Source of the DNA: Lingula anatina
Lineage: Eukaryota; Animalia; Brachiopoda
Direction: 5' to 3'
Length of the DNA stretch: 64,000 nt
Assembly (NCBI GenBank): GCA_051362555.1
Contig: CM120644.1
Span: forward strand, 8,874,954 to 8,938,953
Translations under genes and position numbers: made by a program
The notes under the pieces: model-generated
Database searches by the model: none
What the model was told of the DNA's origin: nothing
What the model saw: the letters and a program-made list of their open reading frames with translations, nothing else
Shown: positions 54,601 through 64,000 of the stretch, piece by piece
How the letters are laid out: every line of letters starts with the position of its first letter
How positions within the stretch are numbered: the first letter of the stretch is position 1

Positions 54601-55399
54601 ATAACAATTGCCCATGTTCCAACTAACCCTGCTCTCCCCTGTATTGCATTGGGAACGTATCGTGATGAATTCAGTGATAAATATATTTACAAAAGAGGCA
54701 TTTCATCTGTTATTAAACCAGAGTCCGAAATTTAAAGATAAACCCACGTTCAACCTTAACGTCAAAATTCAACGCCCATGTGCCCACGTTACCTTGGTAG
54801 TTAAGTTCATAGCCAGGGAACCTGACTTCAGTTTTTTTGTGAAACCGGGGCCAGGTGTATGTCGTATGATTATTTCCGTCCAAACTGATACATATGTCCT
54901 TCAAAAACTATAGGGAATTTGAAGGCGTATACTGGACACTCAGTCGAGTAGCTTATGGCAATATAAATTTAAAAATAAGTAAACAGATATATAGATAGTG
55001 GATAGATAGATAAGATAAAATTAAAATTAAAGATTTAGAAAAGTGATATAAGCGTGGCAACAACTGGCACGACAAAGACCCTTTTGCAAAATCATATTTT
55101 TCTGAAATGTGTGTTAGATCAATTGAATCTTGGTGCCATTGTTCTTCAATGAAATGCTTTATTTCAAAGCATAATATGAAATAGGGCTTCTGGTCTTCAA
55201 ATAAAAGCTATCGTCGTGTTCCTAAGGAAACTTTAGTAGATGGATCCAACTCCACGGTGACTCTCACTGAATGCAATCATATAAGTGAATGACAATCTTT
55301 GCTCCCGTACTAGACGCTTTTTCACTTTGATTTGACTGCGGCAGAATATTTGTATATATATTCTGTGCAATAATTATGAATGCTTAAGCCACACTCAAA

Positions 55400-55731
55400 T
55401 TACTCAATTGCAACTTTTTGGAGAGTAATATAATAAGTTTTCATCGGAAAGCACCACATCCCCTCACTGTCAATGTATAAACCATGCCGGTATCCTTCTC
55501 TCTTCACGTAATCCATACAGAACTGGACAATACGTTGATCAAACGGGCTTTGATCTGCACATCGCCCGATTGCACAGCATACAGAGGCAGCAATTCCAAC
55601 CTCTGCCAAGGTCGGCAAAAAGACGTGGCAGACAACTTCTTTCTGCTGGAATGTAGACTCGGACATTGGAAAAGTCGCATTTATCGTCTCCACATTACTG
55701 TCGTTGAATAGAAAATTTTGCCGGACTTCAA
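55400..55731 (-). pseudogene. HNMT-like methyltransferase copy 6, 3' fragment (same divergent subtype as copy 3)
   Basis: FQQKEVVCHVFLPTLAEVG...FDQRIVQFCMDYVKREGYRHGLYIDSEGMWCFP; homology stops at ~55731. Confidence 0.8.
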
Positions 55732-56371
55732 ATATAAGTATATTTTAAAAACGTAATTTCTATTTGGAATAAAAATAACTTTTTACTGTTCGCAGCACAC
55801 CTTTATAAGAAGCTGATTTTACTCAGTCACGTTGCATAGGATATTTAAGACGACTGGAAGCACTGGAAGCACTGGAAGCATATATTGTTGGCACGTCGTG
55901 CTTGTGCCGGTGAGTCATTTTAACCGGCTATTTCTACTTTATAAAGTGAATATTTACAGTTGACTGCAATAATGATGCTCCATCAAAAAGAGAAAAGAGT
56001 TTCTGAAACCCAATGTTTCGTGGTGTTTTGAAATAAATTAAGAGGTCAATTATGTGACATGTGGCCTTAAAAATATGATATTAGAAAAAACACACACACA
56101 CACACGGAGTATAAGGTAGTTCCCGTATCTTTGAATATCTTCATAAAATTACAAATGTTTTTCGGTAGTTAAACTTGTCTAAATGATAGTTTTCATCTTT
56201 CTGGAAATATGTATGAATGCAATGCAAAATATGAATAAAAGAACCACATACAGGGTACCAAAATCTTATCTTGTCGAGTCATAATTTGTCACTATGTTCT
56301 CTCACAACAGTTTAAAATGTCATATCAGTTTAAGTTAACGTCATATATTAAGCAATAAATCAATAACTTAC

Positions 56372-56456
56372 CCTCTTTGAGTAAGGTAAGATACATTTTG
56401 TAGTAGCCCTGTGAGAAAGTAACAGAATTGAATTCCTGCAGAAGTGCATGCCGCAT
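56372..56456 (-). pseudogene. Orphan methyltransferase exon 1, near-identical to 37730-37814 including the 2-nt insertion
   Basis: MRHALLQEFNSVTFSQGYYKMYLTLLKE then G|GTaagt; part of the duplicated block. Confidence 0.75.
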
Positions 56457-56746
56457 TTTGTTCTCTTTATATATATTCACCCAGTTTTAGAAAAGATGCA
56501 GCCAAGTAAATTAGAATTAGCCCAAAACTCGACGATCCTATTTTCACAACTAACTCCAGCGGTCTGGTGACACCAGTAAGTTTCTGCCATTGAGAATATT
56601 ATAAAGAAGGACGGTTAAACACAACTTTTGCAAATACTGGCATTTCGAATGATATGGTAACAAGCTAAAGTAAATTTATGCTGGTTTGCCGGTAGACTAA
56701 AAAGCTATACATTTGACTTGTAATCGATTTATCTATAATTATCTTT

Positions 56747-57254
56747 ATGTCTCCTCCATCCCAGTGCACCACAAACTTGCATAGTCCCGTCCATAACAAA
56801 AGAGAAGGCAACAAAGACTATCGGGTGTTCGTGATTTGGCCAAACAAGGCCTCTTTTATTATATAAACTCACCATCCTAATAATTTTAACAATAATAACA
56901 ATGTGGCAAATTGTTGCCTGCATTAAATGATATGGCCTTAGGGATAAAAATTAAATATGAAATATTAAATAAGACTCATCATCCTAAAAATGATGATGTG
57001 ACTAGTCAGCAAAGTTATTATTGTGAAACGATTTTTGCACAAATTTCGTTTGTGGGGTTGCAAAGAGGCCCCCACTATGCAACGGTTATCGTAAGCTGTG
57101 ATCCACGATAAGCAATTATTTGACAACAGTAGTGCATCTTATTTAGCTTGTCTGATTGCAAAGGCAAGGTCAATGCATTGCAGGACTCAGAATACACTTC
57201 TACTTATGTACTGGCAATGCTGTTAGCGGGTGACCTAACCCCTACTTCCTCCTT

Positions 57255-57299
<45 letters not shown>

Positions 57300-58772
57300 A
57301 AGGAAGGGGGGAGGTTCAGCTTTTCCCATATGCTGAAAACAGCTGGAATAGTGAACTCTCTATAATTGCCATGCTATCCTAGCTTGCGCCGTGCTTGTTA
57401 ATTAGTATAAAAATTAACAGTTTTAAGTGATACTCTGCGGAAGAGCAATTTCTTTCCAGTTTACAGTTATCAACGGCAGAATAAAGCATGAACATAAAGA
57501 ATATAATCTCGGGGATAACATAGATAGGTATGTTCTTATACAAATGTTCCCATTACATTCCTCAATTCAACCGATGTACAGATGGACCCGCAAAGCTTGC
57601 TGGGTCATAATATGAGAAAAGCATGACTGGGTCATTAAATTAGAGTCAAAATTCTCATGAAACATGAAACAGCAGGTAGGCAAGTCGGATTTTTTGCAAC
57701 ACTCCTGTCACAACATGCTGGAATGAATAAAAGTTTTGTAAGCAAAAACCGGGAATTGGGCCCACTTGGCCCCTTAAACCGTGTATGTCACATATTTTTA
57801 TACCGCTGTTCCAATGACCTCTGCAGTGAGTACAGATCAAGAATGGACCCGCAAGGCTTGCTGGGCCTCTGTTTGGATTATGCAGAAGTAATCCTTGAAA
57901 TGGACTCCGAATATTTCGTGGGACATTGTCAGACACTCATATAAAGTTGACCCAATATCCTCTGACTTCAGGAGAATATAAGGATGAATCGCCGCTACTT
58001 GCTCTGCAGCAGATGATCGGTATTCCACGGCTAAAGATGAAAAATTGAAACTCTTCACACCTTATGTCTGTAATAATATATGATTAACCCGCAAGGCTTG
58101 CTGGGCTGATGACTGTCCAGTATAGAGGTAGTCTTTAAAACCTGTAAAGTCATTTGCATTGTAAACCCTCATCCGATTGCACCTTTTCCTCTGGACTAGG
58201 AAGATCTTGCAGATGCGGGAGGGCGTGCTGGGCCACAGAATGACGCAAGCAGAAGCCGTCCTTCAGTTGAAGATGTTTAAGTTTAACTTATAAAAGGTAA
58301 GTCTCCTACCGGAAGAACACATACGAAGGTTTCGCTGGGGCATGACCGGTAGAGGACTGTGTACTGGCACTTTCACGGGACGGTGGTATTACTGACAGGT
58401 ATACAAACTGAAAAATCAAAGAAAAAACGCACGCAGTATGATGGTCAAATATAATGCAAGCAAAGTTTAGTCGGCAGAGGAAACAATTGTGGTATGATGG
58501 AGGAGACGGGGAAGGCGGTGGGTGAAATTTTCTGAACTGAAGGTTTAAGTTGAAAGTTGGAGATAACTTGTAGCTTCAATGTATCGTGCGCGACAACAGA
58601 ATGAGCGCAAAATGGGTCAGGCAGTGACGTCCCATGGTATAAGTAGCAACATGTGCCTCAATTGGGACTACCCCTCTAGGTAGAATTGAGCATGTGCAGA
58701 ATGCGCATGTGCGTAAATAAACTCTGGAGATTGTTGTCGCCATAAAATCTCGTTTGACTACGCCAAACTTTC
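56747..58772. mobile_element. Unclassified 2.0-kb insertion
   Basis: Absent from the paralog at ~38099 (attatcttt|gaac). Flanked by a possible CTTT duplication; no TIR, LTR or poly(A) end seen. Confidence 0.65.
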
Positions 58773-59013
58773 CTTTGAACAATATTATTCAAGAAAATTG
58801 ACTAAATCTGTAAGGAGAATATTTTATGTGAATTTGTATACTTTCTAGGGAACATACGGTAGCAAGCTTTAGCCATGACGCAAAGCCCCTTGAGTTAAAG
58901 TATAAATATGTATAAAAACATCCTTACGTCATGTCTAATTTACCATGACTGAACCACTACAAAATATACCTGGATGCGGTAGAAAAAATAAAATTATCCG
59001 GAACATACGTTAC

Positions 59014-59667
59014 TGTAACCCGGTTGGTTACTTATTTCTGAGCGGGTAGCAAACATGAAAACACCGAAGACATCAATAGTAGCTCATGAAGATCTTTATT
59101 TACCGACGGGCTACAACTTGGCACGCAGGCAGGGACTGTCACGACGATCTCCCGGGGTCTCTCTGTCTCACTAACTGAGAAGCCCTCATTTAATAGGGAA
59201 CTGTTCTAAGTCCTGCGTGCCCAAGAACTATTACTAAATGTGTGTAATTTATAGGAATAATAAAGGAACTAAATGTAACATACGTGATTAATAGGAAGTA
59301 TGGTAAAACTAAGTGCAGGGACTATATTACATTTCATAGTAGCCCTGAACACGGATATGTTCTCCGGGTAGGAAGGTTACATAACGCTCGAACCTGGGAT
59401 TGGCCTCAACTAAAATTTTCCCAGGTGTAGTGACTGTTTTTGGTGGAAGAGATCAAAGAAGCGCAATGACTTAAATGAGGCCCAAGGAATTTCTGCGATT
59501 TTAGAGTCGTCACTGGTTTCCTATTTCTGACATCCAAGAGAGGTGTAACTTCAATTAACTAAATTTATTGCTTTACCGGGACTTTTGTTTCTAATTTTGG
59601 TTTCTCTTCCGTGATTGTGAATGTGCTTTAAAGACAGAGACAATTTGTATAACACAACCGTGTTATA
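59014..59667 (-). mobile_element. Solo LTR (Gypsy-like), 654 bp
   Basis: TGTAAC...GTTATA termini and 4-bp TSD TTAC (59010-59013, 59668-59671). Uninterrupted site gttaccgtacg in the paralog at ~50562. AATAAA on the minus strand at ~59095. Confidence 0.75.
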
Positions 59668-60347
59668 TTACCGTACGTTTTTGGAACACACGTTATATTT
59701 AGGGCTCTTTGCAAAATGTAAAAGACGTGGTACAAATTAAAATTTGAATTTAAATTGAGGCAGTCGTGGGTTTTTTTCAATACACATGCATGTTTTAAAG
59801 AATTGAATACAACTTTGAATTCATTCAATTTTATTTTTTGACACTGTGAAATGCACCTCTATATTGGGTTTGGGTGTATATATATCGTGTTATTTTCTGT
59901 ACTGCTCGCTATGCTAGAGAATCACGTCCGATGTAAAGTTTTGTTATAATTCTATCGACAAATATGCGTTTGGTATAGTAGGGTTATGGGTATCACGTTT
60001 GTTTTAATTAAATCATCATCTATTTTTTTTTTTTTTCATTTTAAGTTTGTTAATACATTTCACGTCGTTTCAGAATTCGGTTCTGACGTTATTAACTAAA
60101 TGGGAAAAAATTGTCTCAAATTGTAGGCCTATCGCAAAGCATTTTTGCTGTATCTGCAAGCCAAAGGATATTTAACAGATTTAAGTTTATATCTTTCTAG
60201 GTTTAATTTGCATGTAGCATTCATGATTAGGGCCATATTTCCATCACCAACATAACAATCCAACCGGGTGCACCTGTCCATGAAACACTGGATGGAAAAA
60301 TGACGAGTTACGCTTTAGATAAATATTCGCCATACAGTCGAAAAGTT

Positions 60348-60383
<36 letters not shown>

Positions 60384-61223
60384 TTGAATAAGACAAAATG
60401 AGAACATGAAAAGGTTAAGGAATAAAAAGGAACGTGGTCGTGTCAACAAGTTGCACAATCGACTTAATTTGTCACTGAACATATTTTTTGCAAAACATAT
60501 TTCTCCGTCACGAATTATGTGTTAAATCTAGGCAACATCATTACCCACTGAATTCAGCCCATTAAGATGATGAAAACGGGAAAAATGGAGTAATATTTTA
60601 TTTGTTTATCTGTCTATTTATTTGAAAATTTATATATTTATTTATTTGCTTTTGCTTTATGATGATGATGATCCAGTAAAATTTATTTCTAAAGCCTATT
60701 TCAATTAAAATTCAAATATATTTCGGCAATTGACCAACCACTGAAATGGTGAAACTAAACTTTAATGAATAATTTGAATTTTCTGAACATAATTATAATT
60801 ACCAAGCAAGGAAAAAAACAAAGCAGTTAATGTAAAAGATCATTTTATCATGCATATATGCTTTATTATATTAAAATGAAATTCGTGCTAAAAAATAAAT
60901 AACATTACTTTTGAATTAATTTGCCTCACCGATCACACTAGCGACACCTGGCGCCAAGCGGGCCGTTATACCCCATAAAAGCGTGATAAACTAAATAAAG
61001 TTTACCACATAAAATGTTAGCTTTTCTGTTCTTGGTACATGTAGATTGCAAGTGTAAATAAGAAAAAAATTATAGATTATAAATAATAAAACTTTCTCTA
61101 ACGTCAATTATAGTTTGTCTGTCTAGTATATTTCTGTATATGCCTGTCCCTCTAAGCACTTCTGAAAAGAATTTATAGCAATTGCAATGCTCTGAAATCA
61201 AAACGTTATTCCATTGGAACCAA

Positions 61224-62127
61224 TTATTCATTTGTGTTTTTCTGGATGGTAATATAATAAGTATTCAACGGAAAGCACCACATTCCCTCACTGTCAAGGT
61301 ACAGGCCATGTTTATATCCGTCACTTTTCCCGTAATCCACGCAAAACTGGAGAATACGTTGATCAAACGGGGATTGGTCTGCATACAAACCATGTAGACA
61401 TCCGATAGAGACTGCAATTCCAATCTCCTCTAGGGTCGGTAAAACAACGTTGTGGACCACTTCTTCCTGTTGAACTGAAGCCTTAAACATCGGAAACGAC
61501 GCATTTAAAATGTCCGCAACACCACCATTAAACAGAAGTTTTTGCCAGACTTCAAATAGCAACTTGTGATTTTTCGTCTTATGTGGAAATAGAACCTCGG
61601 AACACTTCAGAGACGCAGCTCCAATTAAACAAAATTAATTTTTTTCTAACACTATAATCATCTGCCCTCCGGGTTTAAGAATGGTGTACATTGCTGAGAT
61701 GGCTTGCTTCATATTCTCGTATGGATCAAAGGGATCATCGAAGATACTTGTCAGATGATAAAGGACGTGTAGTGCTAGCACCCTGTCCTGTAGGTGTTGT
61801 GGATAGGCATTCATGACCCTCAAATCTTCTAGAGTATGCCCATAGTAGTCTTGAAACGGACCGGAATAGGTAATATCAATACAGGTCATGCTCGTGTTAT
61901 CAATCAACTCCTTGTATTTTCTCAGAGAATCCTCGTGTGGTTCCTCCACGCTGATGATCATTTGCTTATTAAGGGCGTCCAGTTTCCTGTAGATGGGTGC
62001 CATTGTTTCTCCATCACCTCCTCCAAAGTCCATGATGCGTACTGGTGAAGGTATCTCCGACTGATTGAGTATGTCCCACAGTTTAGTTTCTATGCTTTGA
62101 CAGGCATTTCTACTGCCTTCATATTTT
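61224..62127 (-). pseudogene. HNMT-like methyltransferase copy 7, exon 2 with a single premature stop
   Basis: The two ORFs 62177-61635 and 61562-61224 are in the same frame; GAA>TAA at 61637-61635 relative to copy 2. Exon 1 is not seen within the window. Confidence 0.8.
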
Positions 62128-64000
62128 CTGGAAGTAGATAAGGCACACAGATATAAAAAAACACACACTAACACCACTTCTATTATAGACTCATTCTGTT
62201 TACAAAAAAATGTGAGTAAACATAAATTCCCATCTAAATTGATAATCTTAAATTTGAACTCTTGGATCGTTTTATTCCAAGAGTGTCCAATTAATTTGGC
62301 AACACATATTGGTTATCTGTCATTTGATATTGCTATGGGTTATGGCGGTAAATTTTAATTATAAAGATAATGAGACATTGATATTCATTTGATGTATTAG
62401 CTATTTAAAATTTTCCATTTTAACTACGCTTGTTTTGATCGTGACGTATTATCATCAAGTAAACCTCAAATAAAATTGTTATACGTGTTTTAAAACTAAG
62501 CCTGATTTGTTCTTCAGAGTTTTGTTCTCATATTCGACCTGCCTTTACTCTAGTCTTCTGTTGCAGTTGATACAACATAACCGGGTATTGTTTGCTGGCG
62601 TCGATAGCAATCTCTTTGCATCAGCTATAATAGAAACCTTAAGGTCGGTGATAGGGTTAAATACGCTTAAAATCGTGTTTTTGAGTTTTTTGTGTGTTTA
62701 TATTAATCAAAAAAGTATCTAACGTTGGATGTAATAATTTTTATGAATTTGCATCGCAAAATGCGTCTTTTGATGAGTTTTTCAACCGGCACGCGCCCCA
62801 GTCAGGCTGACAACTAAGCCACGCCTCTGTTACTAAGGGCCGTTGCCATGAGGGGGTCGGAGCACAGTTAATGAGTTATAAGCCGATTACGTGTGCGGTA
62901 ATAGGTCATAAGTCTTACATCAGCTTAGCAGCGAAGAAGTCTAGCTAGTACACTATGGGGAAGAGAAAAGTTCGTGTTAAAAGTCCCTTTCCAGAGGAAA
63001 GAAGGAAAATTTTGAGAGTAAGGCCTATGCGTGGCGGTTGGGGAAAACCGGCCCTATTTGTTCAGTCGGATGACTGATTTCTGTATACCTAATAAATGGG
63101 TGAAAGAGTTAATCGAAACGTCTAAATTAATTGACAAATGAAAGAAAAATCGATAAAAACATAAATAAAAAAAGCTAAAAAAGGATACTTTTAGCCTAGC
63201 CTTTAATTTTTGCGATATATATCGTCGAGCGTATCTGCGACACGTTACGAAACCGGAAATGATTGTTGGTCGCCGTTTGCAAAAGGTAAATCTAATGTTG
63301 ACAAAATAAAATTTTATTCTCCAAGATATGATATCATGGAGCTTGAGAGACACGCGAAAAATTGTGATTTGAATGGCCAAACAAGAGAAATCCAAGCAAA
63401 GGTTGACAGCATGATTAAAACAATAAAAATAAAAACGCATGTTAGCGGCTTTGCATTTTTCGATATTTGGAGAAAAACAATTTCAAAATCACTGATCAAG
63501 CGGGAAGAAAGAGTTCAAGTGTCCAAAAATGAAAATCACAAAAAGACCCCGAGAATAGTCAAGGCTAGCAGGTAAAAAGCAAATAGGGTCTAAGTGTCAT
63601 GTGTGTAAAAATAAAATATTTATTCAAAAGCCTTCTCTCAGCCACTTTTACCGCTGAATCTTGTGCAGCTGAGCGTCTCCCCTTTATCTTAGCTGGCATT
63701 TTGAGCGAGACCGCTCTGAAGTAATCACTGGATTTTTCCGTTGATCTGACGACTACCAAGTGCCGTGCAAAATAATCCTGCAGCGTTACCCGTCAAAAAA
63801 CTCGTATCAACACAAGTGACGGACACTTGCTCTCGACACAGTTTTATCTGATCACTTTGCCGATAACAAAGAAGGAATCTCTCAGGTAAAATTACTCGAT
63901 TGCCGAGGAAGAGCCATTGAAACGTTCAAATGCAACTTCACACCTCTTAATTGCGGTTAAACGTAATCGCCTTTGTTAGCGCTTCCTTCTACATATCCTT

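Larger units (their letters stand above)
56041..62350. repeat. Segmental duplication of ~37408-44500 (excluding copy-specific insertions)
   Basis: Collinear near-identical non-coding sequence starting agaggtcaattatgtgacatgtggccttaaaaatatg (37409/56041) and running through the methyltransferase exon 2. Confidence 0.85.

Noticed and set aside
58100-58140. Second hammerhead (CUGAUGA) next to the repeated hairpin
   Set aside because: No GAAA box or stems at suitable spacing, and the motif is absent from the other two repeats.
62360-64000. Possible gene or TE in the last 1.6 kb (ORFs 63054-63440, 63210-63575)
   Set aside because: Looks TE-like and interrupts the array, but no recognisable motif or paired termini within the window, so it was not called.

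Overview
AT-rich, intron-containing animal genomic DNA, most consistent with a marine invertebrate; the taxon is not determinable from the sequence. There are three gene systems. (1) At 6.5-7.4 kb (+), two spliced exons encode what looks like an unannotated secreted peptide precursor: signal-peptide end, acidic spacer, KR, a 26-aa cationic peptide with two Cys, then KR. The first exon was not located. (2) At 14.7-33.1 kb (-), a complete concentrative nucleoside transporter (SLC28/CNT, 12 coding exons, 648 aa) with an E2F/CRE-containing promoter. (3) At 33.2-62.4 kb (-), a tandem array of at least 7 copies or fragments of a two-exon class I SAM-dependent, histamine-N-methyltransferase-like gene in active birth and death: one clearly intact copy, one probably intact only as a chimera of two paralogs, one with a single nonsense codon, and several deleted fragments. 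The array carries transposon insertions whose ends can be read against empty sites in paralogous units. These are a Tc1/mariner, a 3.66-kb foldback-like element with ~430-bp TIRs and an internal palindromic satellite, a TTAA-targeting element, a solo LTR, a Penelope-like GIY-YIG remnant with a minimal hammerhead ribozyme, and an unclassified 2-kb insertion. All calls are by eye; no database searches were run.
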